This document shows positions 12,801 through 24,510 of a stretch of DNA of 64,000 nt, one piece after another. Source of the stretch: Chrysomallon squamiferum (Eukaryota > Animalia > Mollusca); the NCBI GenBank assembly GCA_012295275.1, contig CM022671.1:8928001-8992000 (forward strand), read 5' to 3'. How positions within the stretch are numbered: position 1 is the first letter of the stretch; each line of letters opens with the position of its first letter. The notes under the pieces were generated by a model. It ran no database searches, was not told where the DNA came from, and saw only the letters and a program-made list of their open reading frames with translations. The translations under genes were made by a program, and so were the position numbers.

Positions 12801-15800
12801 AATGTAACTTAAGAATTTGTATCTTTAATTACTTACTGTTTAAGAAAATGTAGTAGGGAATTTATATTTTATATTTATTCTTGACCTTGAATTAATAATG
12901 TATATACTTTATTATTTATTAATAATATATTTAATTAATCATGTAATACTATGTCCACTTCATGGTGTAATAATAATCTATATACTTGAACATAATCTAT
13001 ATATTTGATTATGCAATAATAATATGTATACTTGATTGTGTTATAATATATCTACTTGACAGTGTAATAATATGAATACCTGACTATGAATTAATAATAA
13101 TATGTATACTTGACAGTGTTATAATAGCCAGTAAACTTGACTGTGTAATAATCTCTGTGTATTTGTGTTTAACAGAAGACCTGTCACTGGCCACTGTGGT
13201 AATGTCTACACCAGAAGTCATAGCCAAACATGACAAAAGAAAACAGTCAGTGGCTGCTGTGGTTGGCTTTGTGATGACCTTTGACAAATTTCACGAGGTG
13301 TTTGAAAACATCACCTACAACTGTCCTAGAGACATGAAAGAGGGCTGTGAATACACATGTAACAATACTGATGTGAGTATATTAGATTTACACTGAAATA
13401 AAACATGTTAATACACATGTAACAATACTGATGTGAGTATATTAGATTTACACTGAAATAAAACATGTTAATACACATGTAACAATACTGATGTGAGTAT
13501 ATTAGATTTACACTGTGAAATAAAACATGTTAATACACATGTAACAATACTGATGTGAGTATATTAGATTTACACTGTGAAATAAAACATGTTAATACAC
13601 ATTTAACAATACTGATGTGAGTATATTAGATTTACACTGAAATAAAACATGTTAATACACATTTAACAATACTGATGTGAGTATATTAGATTTACACTGA
13701 AATAAAACATGTTAATACACATTTAACAATACTGATGTGAGTATATTAGATTTACACTGTGAAATAAAACATGTTAATACACATGTAACAATACTGATGT
13801 GAGTATATTAGATTTACACTGAAATAAAACATGTTAATACACATGTAACAATACTGATGTGAGTATATTAGATTTACACTGAAATAAAACATGTTAATAC
13901 ACATTTAACAATACTGATGTGAGTATATTAGATTTACACTGTGAAATAAAACATGTTAATACACATGTAACAATACTGATGTGAGCATATTAGATTTACA
14001 CTGTGAAATAAAACGTTAATACACATGTAACAATACTGATGTGAGCATATTAGATTTACACTGTGAAATAAAACATGTTAATACACATGTAACAATACTG
14101 ATGTGAGTATATTAGATTTACACTGTGAAATAAAACATGTTAATACACATGTAACAATACTGATGTGAGTATATTAGATTTACACTGAAATAAAACATGT
14201 TAATGCACATGTAACAATACTGATGTGAGTATATTATATTTACACTGTGAAATAAAACATGTTAATACACATGTAACAATACTGATGTGAGTATATTAGA
14301 TTTACACTGTGAAATAAAACATATGGCAGTACAATATCATGTGCCAGTTATTGATATGGCAATACAATATCATATGCCAGTTATTGATATGGCAATACAA
14401 TATCATATGCCAGTTATTAACATAAATGAAAAGAAATATAGTTATATGAAATTATGTTTTATGTATGTGTCTGGTATAAGATCTATTTTTTAATACAAAA
14501 TCAGCTTTATATATGAAATGTTATTAACTTGTAAACAATCATATGTATTTCATGGTATATGATATATCATTTATATTGAGTTAAAAAAAACACAAAAAAA
14601 GTTCAGTATGTAAATGTTATTTATTTGTAATAATTGTGCATAATTTATTCATATGTTTTACATAAATATAATTTAAATATTTAAAATGTTGTTTATTTGT
14701 GCATATTTACTTATATATCATTTTATATTCTTATGCTTTACATTACACACAATCTACTTTCAGTATGTGAAATGTTATTTACTTGACAATAATGGCTTTG
14801 TCATGACATCCAATAGTGCTGATGATTTAGGTGTAAGTATAAACAGTTTTTATTATGTCATTAAATAGTCTTTCTTCCTTCATTAAATTTATCTTTTCCC
14901 TGTTGTTTTACTTAGTTTTGTGAATCCAAAGGAAAAAAAGCCCCAACTAATTCTGAGACATTCAAAAAAACCCAAATTCTTCCTTGATAATTATTTTTTA
15001 AAGTTTATTTTCTGTAACTTTAAATGGATGTATCTATCAACAAATATTGTATATGAACAAGAAGTCATTATTTAAAATAATTTTAACATTGATATCTTTT
15101 AAATGAAGATAATTCAAACCTGTTTATAAAATGATTGTTTTTACTGCTGTCTTTTCAGTTTTCATATGGGTCAACATAAACTGTGTGTATGTGTGTGTCT
15201 ATATAATATATATATATTGTACACATTCTTTTTTCAGGCTGGTAGTTTTTTTGGCATGGTGGATGGAGCTCTCATGAGAGAATTAATTGAACAACAGATT
15301 TTTGATGAGTACGTATGAAAATATATATATTAAAACTAATTAAACAATAAGTTTATCAGCAGACACATGCATGCGTTCATGCCCGTACACACAAACACAG
15401 ACACATGTAAATAATTTTATACATAAAATTATGTACACATACACTCATACAGAGATACACCTACAAATATACATAATGTACAATCACAAACTTTTTACTT
15501 CAGTTGTATGGTTGTGAGTTTGTAAAAATATATATTAAATAAAAATGTGTTTGTGACAGTTATTGAAAGAACACACACACACACACTTATCATTTCCATT
15601 AACACATATTTTAATGTGTTCGTGTATTTTAATATTTTAATGTAATATTTGCATTTTAGAATTGAAGTTACTGACTACCAGGGTACTTGTAAAATGTATG
15701 CTAATATAAACACATCATAGTCTATATGTATAATTAATATAAACATAATATAGTATATATGTGTTTCATAATATAAACATATGTTAGTTTATATATATAT

Positions 15801-18800
15801 GTACTTTAACCACAAAAACACTAGTTTGTGTGTGTATGTAAATATCAACATGTACATGTATGTGTATATTAATATATACTAATGTGCATGTGCATTTTAA
15901 CATAAACATATATATTTGTAAACCTGTAAAATTTAACATAAACAAATGCTAATGTGCAATGTGTATGTGTATTTAATGTAAATATATTCTAATATGTAAA
16001 TGTATATTGTTATGATAATGTGTGTGTGTGTGTGTGTGTGTTTTAAAATAACTATATATTAACGTGTAAATATATTTTAATAATCCTATAGTTTTATTTC
16101 TATAAGTAATTATTAAGAATACAATAACACTGGTGCTAATGTACTCATGTATTTTTGCTATGAACTAAATGCAAATTTATATTTTATTACAACATAAGTG
16201 TACTTTGATGTAAAACTGTTAATACTTGATATGCATTTTGAAATAATCATGTGGTAATATAATGTCAAATTTGAATAATTTTTTATTTATTTGTTTGTGT
16301 TTGAATATAAACTATTATTATATTGTGCAGTATTTAAATACAGATATATATACACACACACACACACACATAGACACACATGCACACTCTCATACACACA
16401 CATATATGTACATCCTCCTATATTTTAACTGAAGTTTTTAACTATATGTATAAAATGATTATTAATAATAAAATACATACATATATACTGATATTTTAAT
16501 TTTTTTTAAAACCCATGTACTTAAGTGTATCTAAACATTAATATAGTTTGTTATAAATTTTCTGCAGTGTTTTATATCTGACATATTTGACTATCTGTGT
16601 ATAAATATGATAAGACTGCTTGTATTCAAAACAAAAATCAATATATATATATATATATATATGTAAAAGAGTATTTTAATAGGAATAATTAACAGTGTCA
16701 TATATTAATATTATGTTATAAATACTACTTTGTTTGACTAGGCTATATATATCATAAGACAGCTTGTATTCAGATGTGTGTTTTTTAACTACAAACAGTT
16801 AACATTTTATTACTAATGAACTGTTTTTCAGGATTGAAGTCACTGACTATCAAGGTACATGTAAAGTGTTTGCAAGTGATTCAGACAATTCAGCTACATT
16901 CCTGATAAATGTGAGAGTAGTTTCTTTTCTTTTCTTTTTCATTTTTGGAAATTAATCTTTATTTTTTATTTGTTATGAGCATTGTTTAAGTTAAAAAGGT
17001 CATCTTTGATAGAAGCTTGTTATTGAAAATGTTTTAAATTAGATGGAAAATGTTCTTAACATTATTTTAATTATTTTGCTATCTGCATTTATTTACCAAT
17101 ATTTCAACACTGAGAATGTTAATTATAATATATATTTAAACAACATTTATAAAAAGTATGTTTTAATGAAACTACTGTCATTTTTATAATTTTTAATTTT
17201 TAGAAATACATTTTTTTTTTTTTCAGTCATTATTTTAGCAACATATCTAAAAATATAATTTAACAAAACTCATTAATTTTTTTTTTCGTCTTGTTTTGTG
17301 TGTATATTTTAATTAATTTTGTTGTCATTATTTTAACAACACATTTCAAATATAAACCTTAATAAAACTTTCTTTTTGTAGCCATTTTATTAATAACATA
17401 TGCAAAATATATATTTTAATATTAATTAATTTGTTGGGTTTTTTTTAGCCATTAAAACAGCTGTTTAACTGGATAACATGGTCCATTGCTGAAACTGTCC
17501 TGTAAGTTTTTATTTATTTATTATTTTTATTTAACATCTCACTGTACGAACATATCCATTGGTGTTTTTTTTAATAATTTGCTATCATCTAAAACTTACT
17601 GATAGATTCATGATTCCACTGGAACCCAAGTTAATTTTCATTATTTCTTAAATATGGTTTTTCAGTATTTTCACATTAAATGTCACCAATGGTCTTATTT
17701 TGATAAACTTTAATAAGCAGACAAACACTAGTTAAATATAAAACAACATTTTGAGGTTTTTTCATCAATACTACTCAAGCTAAATTATAAAGTGCTACTT
17801 ACAATGAAAAAGGAATTAACTATATTTTCTTTTTCTTCATTATTATCATCATCATTGTTTTTATTGTTATCTTCATCATCATCATCATTGTTATTATTGT
17901 AATTATTATAATATTAATTATTGTTTATATTTCAGATTTTTATCAGAATGGAATTTTTACAGTTGGATAAGTAACAGATTTAAGACTAAAGGTGTGTTTG
18001 TTGATCAGTCATTAAATAACAATAAATAAATAAATAATATTAACAAAAAAAAAAAAAAAAAAAAAAAAATGATAATATACATATTGTTTTTAATCATAGT
18101 CATTAAATTTTTAATTACATACATTGTGTGCACAAGTGTGACTGATCATAAAAAAATATTTATATACATTTAAATTTTGTTTTTTTGGTTCATTATTTCA
18201 GCTGAAGAAACATATTACGATGGTTTTGTTGACACAGAAATAGGGTTGCCTGAGATTGTGAAATATTACACCAATTTCATGGCTGGAGCTGGCTGGACTG
18301 AAGATAAAATAGTTAATTACGAAGCTTGTGATAAAAAAGTAAAACTGTACAATCTTAACCTGGCGACACTGAGAAAGAAAAATACTATAGTCGACACCAT
18401 CACTGGATGTGGAAACTGTGAAGCATATACACCAGGGTAAGTGAAACATTTACTAGCCTTCTTCTCTTGGCTTTGTTGTGTTTTTAACGGAGAAGGCCCA
18501 CAAGGGAAATAATTCTATATTTCGGAAGAATGTGTTATTTAAATATTTGTTATTGTTACTATCATTGTTATAAGAGTTATCATCATAATCATAAGCATAT
18601 TTTAATTTTAATTATTATAATTATTAATATCATCATCATCATCATCATTAAGACAGTATGGTAGATAAATTATTAAAGAAGAATTTCTTTTAAATGTAAT
18701 CTATACTTTTTACTGAATAATAAAATAATGAATAATGATGATGATGAATAAAAATGTAAATTAGAAAATGTGACTGTTTTTATTAGCACGTGGTTTACGT

Positions 18801-21800
18801 TTGTTTTAATATAAAATCAATAAATGAATAAGTGTAGTACAAAATTTAAAAATTTAAAAGCATTTTTGTGTCTAGTATCTTATATATGTTTTTAAAATAT
18901 ATTTTTAAATGCAGACATACTACATGCAACATCTGCTATTAAGAAAACAACCAAGGCAAATGAAAATTTCAAAAAGCCATTAAAAAATAGCATGTTTCAA
19001 TTATACTTTGTAAATATTATAATTTAAAATTAAGTTTGTAAATAATAATGTAAAGTTATATAATTGTAGTTTAAAATTGTACCAGAGCATGGCCATCTTA
19101 TTTTGAATGAAAGCATGTTTTGTAGGATAAGTGAATTTACGTGTCAAAATGTCTTTAACAGCCTTGTGTAAGCATGTGTAGCTTCTTTGTAAATTGCTTC
19201 TTTTCTTTGTTTTGTTTATTTACTTTTTTATTTTTGTTTGTGTAATTTATATTTTGTTTCAAAGGCATTCAATATATTGTTAAATTTGGTATTCAGTTTC
19301 TTTTTTAAAAATGTTAAAAATTAAAGAGACAGAAATGTAGAAAATATACTAAAACTCGAACTTACCAGACTGTCTTGATCATTCAGTAAATGAGCTTGTT
19401 AACTTTTTCTTTTTAAATCCTTTTGTGAAATAAAAATGCAAAAAAAATAAAAATAAAAAGAAGATGAAAAGTAATAATTATAAATAAAGAAATAAATAAA
19501 ATAATAAAAAGACAAAAGAAATTAAAAATAAATAAATACAAAACAACATTTTAAAAAATATTTCTTTGCATGGAATTAAATATAATTATTTAGTTATTTA
19601 TTATTTTTTAGCTTTTTATTTCTAAAAATGTTGAAGTACAGACTTCATATTTGCATGTTTCTGACTTTAAAACATGCATGAATATAACATTTCGATTATA
19701 TTTCTTTAATTTAATTATGTTAATTTTAATTTTTAGTCTTTTTCCATATCTCAGACATTTTAATTTAAATCTGTGTTTGTGTTTTTCTTAAAAATAAAAA
19801 TCAGTATAAAACTGCCTTCAAAAACTATAAAATAAAAATAAAAAACGTTATAACAAATTATATCTTTGCTCACAACCAACCAATTTTAATGTAATTTCCA
19901 CCATTTTGCTAACATTCAAAATAACAACAAAAACCCTTTTCATTCTTTATATATTATTAAAATATCTCATTTATGAATGTTTTTTTGGTTTTTTTTGCAA
20001 CCTTTGCTACAATTATTTCTAAAAATTTAATGCCAAGAAAAATTCTCCTGTCTTGCTTCATATAACATTAAATTTTAACCTGTCTACTTTTGTAAAATTT
20101 GGCCTAACGTTGCTGCAATCTCTCTTTCATATTACATTTCATTCTAGCTTCTCTTATTTTTCATAATTTTGCCCCTCTCTTTATTCAATTTCTTCTTTTC
20201 CTGTAATATACACACTACATTGTAGCATGTCCCATTTTTCATAATTCTGTCTTTCTTATTTGTATCCACAGAACTAAATCTTTAGCCACTCTCATTCTTA
20301 CATAATTCTTGCCCCTCTCTTTTTTATATTCAAGTTCATGTTAGTCTGTCTCATACTTCTAAATTTTTTCCTTCCTATTTCACATTAAAATTCATGTTTT
20401 TTGTTTTTTTTCTAATTTTATACTTCCTATTTCACATTATAATTCACATTAGTTTTCATTTTTCTCTAAATTTTGTCATATTTCACATTAAAATTCATGA
20501 TAGCTTCATTTTTTTTCTTCTAAATAGTGTCCTTCTAATTTCACATTAAGGTTCATTTTAGTCTCTAAATTATGCACATCTTATTCCATGTTAAAGAACA
20601 TTTCTAATTGTACATGATTTAGTTTTAATAATTTAAATTAATATTAATATTTGACTCAGGCTGTGTTGCTCATTTTACAGCTGTGATTCCAGCCAATGCA
20701 GACCAATATGTGTCAGTTTTATAGATAAGTAGACAACGTGACTGCATGTCTAACTCCTCACACTTCACAGTGCTTATAAAACTTAGCGAAACACCAAGTT
20801 TTAGACTTCGTTAAATTGGATAATAATAATACGTCACAATAATAAAGATGTATAAATTAGAGTATAATAACAAAATACTTTGTTTTGTTATTTTAATTAA
20901 AAGTCATTAAAAAATAACGAAGAAATAATATTACAGCAAATAAATAAATAAAATAAAAAAATAATAATAAAAAATAAAAATAAATCATAATTAAATAAAA
21001 TAAATAAAATAGAAAATTAATTAAATAAAAAATAGTAATAGTGTAAGAATTTTTTTAAAGATAAGTAAATAAACAAATATAAAATTCAATTAAATTTATT
21101 AATAATCTGTCAATCTATCAATACATACATACACACATATCAATTAAATTTAAAAAAAAAAAAAGAAGACTACAAGTTTTATAAGCACAATACTGTAAAC
21201 AGTTTTCAAATAATTTGCACTCTACTTCATTTTATTTTTACATGAAAAAAAATCAAATGATAAAAATACTATTTTTATTTATTTATTTATTTAAAACACA
21301 TATAAATACGTTTTGTTCCGTACATTTTTTTAAATTGTTTTTATTGATTTTGTGGTTAAGATTCTTGATAATTAGATTAAAATATTTCTAAATTTTAAAT
21401 TATTTCTGTTAATTTTATGGATGTAAGATTTTGTGGATTCTAAATATTCTATATATTTTTTCTTTTGAACACCATTTTCTTTGAACATTACAAGTCCTCT
21501 ATTATCTAGGCATGTGATACATTTTTTATTCTGTACAGTTTATTGTATTTAATATTCATGTATTCTGTTTACTGTACTTCATTCTGGCATGAATAAGATT
21601 GTGCTTGTTTGTTTCATCCTATTTTAATTAGAGAAGGTTCCATAGAAATATAGTATTTTGATTATAAACATTTTTTGATTTTATAATAAAAATTACTCCT
21701 GGGATGCTTTTCTTTAAAATTTATAATAAAAATTTACTCATATCTGTTTTGTTTATATATTTCTTTATCATTAATAATTCAGATTTACCAGATGTGTAAA

Positions 21801-23239
21801 TATTGCAATTATTAGTAAAGTAATAAATAAATGTTTAAAATAAGACATATCTATGTGTGAGTCTATGTTTGTGTTTCTGTGTGCATATTTGCATATTAGC
21901 ATGTTTTTTTTGTAAATTAAAGAATATTCTACATAGTGTAGAAGAGTATGTATGTGTGTATTGTTGTATCAGTATGTGAATTGGTGTTTAAATGCATGTG
22001 GGATGGATGGGAGGTGAACTGTGACTAAACTAAAACGACGTTGCTCTATGTTGTTCTCTCTCTACACATACCTGTCACAGGACTTACCTGGTGCGCTGGA
22101 TCGTCGACACAAATCTTATTCTTGTGGTGGCAGCAACCAACTGCAGCTGTGGTGCCAATGAAAAGATCAGCATAATTCCTGAAGTTATAGCTTATATCCT
22201 TTTGTTTAATATCTATGTGTATGTATGTAGGTATAGTTTAATATTTGTTTTTCTATTTTGTATTTGAATAGAAGTGGGGTTTAGTATATATTTGTAATCC
22301 ACTTTTTTGGGTACATTTATTTGTTTACATTTCTGGGATAAAAACAATTCTTCTGTAGTGTAATTAATATGGGATGGCAGAGTTTCATTTGCTGAGGTGA
22401 ATGGTTGATATTTTTAAGGACAGAATATTCCACAGTGATGTTACCATGACATTTCAGCTGCATAAAGATTGTTACATACTGAAGTTTCAATGCATTAACC
22501 CAAAATTAATTTTGTACTTTTTTAAAAACGAAATATTCATTAATATTACAAATTCAGAAAATATGAAAAAAAAAAAAAAAAAATAAAGGTATATATGTAT
22601 ATTTACATATAACATTATAGTAATGTTTGCACCATTACTTTTGTGAAATTAGAATGAATTAAATTGGTATGATGATTATATCAGTTATAGCTTTGGTATG
22701 CATGTACCAGGGCCACTAGTTCAGTTAACTGACTAACACACTGTTTTAATGGAGTATTAGAAAGAAACTTTTTGTTAAAACCCTTAACATTAACACATAA
22801 TGAAACAGAAAGATGTCAACGTGATTCCAAACTCTCCCACTTACCAAAAAACATATCATGTTTTGATTCATCTATAGAGGTATGTACATCTTTTAAAATA
22901 TCTTTCTTAATTTTAGCTGATAGAAATTATCATTATTATTATTAGTGATAAAAATTCAAAAACATTTTCTTCATTTTTTTTTACTGATAAATATATTTTA
23001 TGTTATGGTTAATGTTTTATTTATTAATATTCTTAATTATCATTTTATAAAGTAATATATATATATACCTCAAAGACACACACATAAAAAATGTTAATAT
23101 TAAATTTAAATTGTGTATATATATATTTTTTTTTTTCTTGCAGAAAGAAGATGTTTGTGGTTCATCCAGTCTTGTCCATTCCACATTTCACATATTGCCA
23201 ACCATTGTTTTATCATTACTGACCTTCAGTCTCAGTTAA
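1412..23239 (+). CDS. CACNA2D: Voltage-dependent calcium channel subunit alpha-2/delta (CACNA2D3/4-like), 5'-partial, 27 exons, about 860 aa in window
   Basis: Exons with AG/GT boundaries (except the AT-AC intron 22194-22796) and consistent phases: 1412-1525, 2036-2114, 3356-3405, 5020-5184, 5938-6015, 6902-7000, 7840-7914, 8121-8240, 8395-8466, 8858-8916, 9339-9409, 9977-10019, 10492-10592, 11028-11154, 11472-11552, 11957-12043, 12544-12653, 13176-13372, 14764-14832, 15238-15308, 16832-16910, 17449-17501, 17936-17991, 18202-18436, 22081-22193, 22797-22879, 23144-23239 (sum 2583 nt incl. TAA). Family motifs: [29 protein letters not shown] (VWA); [90 protein letters not shown]; C-terminal CGSS plus hydrophobic tail. 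Confidence 0.95.
2205..2920 (+). repeat. T-rich low-complexity intronic tract
   Basis: About 700 bp of (T)nA motifs in the intron after exon 2036-2114; explains the spurious Phe/Ile-rich ORFs. Confidence 0.9.
3500..3870 (+). repeat. A-rich low-complexity intronic tract
   Basis: (A)nT motifs just after exon 3356-3405. Confidence 0.85.
6320..6880. repeat. (TAT/CAT)n trinucleotide microsatellite
   Basis: Long imperfect then near-perfect ATT/ATC run; explains the poly-Y/L/I ORFs. Confidence 0.95.
12965..13165. repeat. Degenerate ~25-28 bp tandem repeat
   Basis: Recurring tatacttga..gtgt(a/t)ataat units directly upstream of exon 13176. Confidence 0.7.
13350..14322 (+). repeat. 60-62 bp minisatellite, 16 copies, containing an exon end and 5' splice site
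   Basis: Unit aatacacatgtaacaatactgat|gtgagtatattagatttacactg(tg)aaataaaacatgtt; the first copy overlaps the end of exon 13176-13372. Confidence 0.97.
14321..14418. repeat. ~33 bp tandem repeat, 3 copies
   Basis: atatggca(g/a)tacaatatcat(g/a)tgccagttattg repeated three times, abutting the minisatellite. Confidence 0.9.
15660..15720 (+). CDS. CACNA2D: Duplicated alternative exon of CACNA2D (candidate alternative terminal exon), [20 protein letters not shown]
   Basis: Acceptor tttgcattttag in the same phase (2) as exon 16832-16910. The first 12 residues are identical to that exon with only synonymous differences; in-frame TAG at 15718-15720. Confidence 0.65.
20340..20600. repeat. Degenerate ~50 bp intronic VNTR
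   Basis: Units ctaaatttt...cctatttcacattaaaattcatg; the second copy (about 40740-40920) has one unit fewer. Confidence 0.8.
22194..22796 (+). other. U12-type (minor spliceosome) AT-AC intron
   Basis: 5' end ATATCCTTT at 22194, branch point CCTTAAC at 22782-22788, 3' end CAC at 22794-22796. Splicing gives T|AT = Tyr and keeps the frame ([14 protein letters not shown]...). Confidence 0.93.
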
Positions 23240-24029
23240 AGAAAAGAAATGTAAAAAAACAAAAAAGACAAGAGGCCTTTAACAGATTTTGTTTTACAGT
23301 TTATACTGTGTATACTGTGTGAAAAATGTTCTGTCTGTCAAAAGATAATCGTTAAATATTTTATCTGCAGATCCCATAATCTTAATGGCCTCATGCCATT
23401 CATAATTCTTACTGAGCAGTGTTTTTATTTCTAACAAAAATCTGTATATCTCGAATTGCATATCAACCACAATGTGGTGCTCTCTTTTTCTAAAATATCT
23501 GAATTCACTTCAATAACACTTGATTCTGGATACTAAAAGAAAGGAACACAAATTTAAAATATCACAGATCTAACTAAAAGCAGAATAATCTACCAGTCTT
23601 TGACATCAGTGTCATACTATGGTACCACAGAAGGCTGAAAAAAAATAAATAATAGTAATAATAATAAAAAAAAGAAAAAAGACTTGATTCACAATTCAAA
23701 GAGAAAACCAAATACAAAATATCACAGAAGATCTTAAAAATAAAAAATAAAATAATTTCACACACCTAAAAAGTCCCATGATTTTTGACATCTACATCAT
23801 GCTTGTACTATGAATATATATAAACAATTTCATCTGGACTCTAATGTGAAGAGTTACCATGTCAAAAGTAATGTTTTAAAACAGACCAAGCATCTTGAAA
23901 CAAGCTAAATCTCGGTCCATTTCATTTTAAGTCCAATGATTTGCAGATACATTGATCTTAGAATAATCAAAATATGAATTAATGAACTTCCACTCATTAT
24001 GAATGTTGTTTCTGTTTTTTATTACCCAC

Positions 24030-24510
24030 TCTGTAAAGTTTTAGGCTTTTCATTATATTGTATATAAAGGTTCTGAGCTTTTCATTGCATTATGTGTAAG
24101 GTTCTAGATCTTTCTTAACATCATGTATAAAATTCATGATTTTTATCAAATCAGGTGTAACATTCCAAACATTTGTACTGCATATGTAAGTTTCCAGACT
24201 TGGTTAAATTATGAGTAAAGTTCTGATCTTTTCATTACATCATGCATACAGTTCTAGATTTTTTATATTAGAAATAATATAAAAATCCAGGATTTGTATA
24301 TTGCATTATATTTGGGGCTCAAGCCTTTTCATTCTGTCACATATACAGCTCCATGCTTTCAATTGTATCATGTATGAAGTTCTAGTTTTTTCATCATAAT
24401 GTTCCTGGCTTTGTTTAACATAATGTACAAAGTTCAAGGCTTTGTGTTAAGTCATGTATATGGCTCAAGGCTACATCACATATAAAATTCCAGACTTGTG
24501 TTATATAATG
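24030..24510. repeat. Highly degenerate ~30 bp tandem array downstream of the CACNA2D stop
   Basis: About 16 units resembling (g/a)taaagttctagacttttcattacatcatgt; also at about 44295-44775. Confidence 0.7.

Noticed and set aside
13350-14322. CRISPR-like regular array
   Set aside because: Units are contiguous and near-identical with no unique spacers, no cas genes, eukaryotic intron context; it is a minisatellite.
18915-18990. Possible alternative exon (TYYMQHLL or [11 protein letters not shown] after tgcag)
   Set aside because: The frame compatible with the upstream phase-2 donor stops quickly and there is no good GT donor; kept only as part of the GCATG finding.
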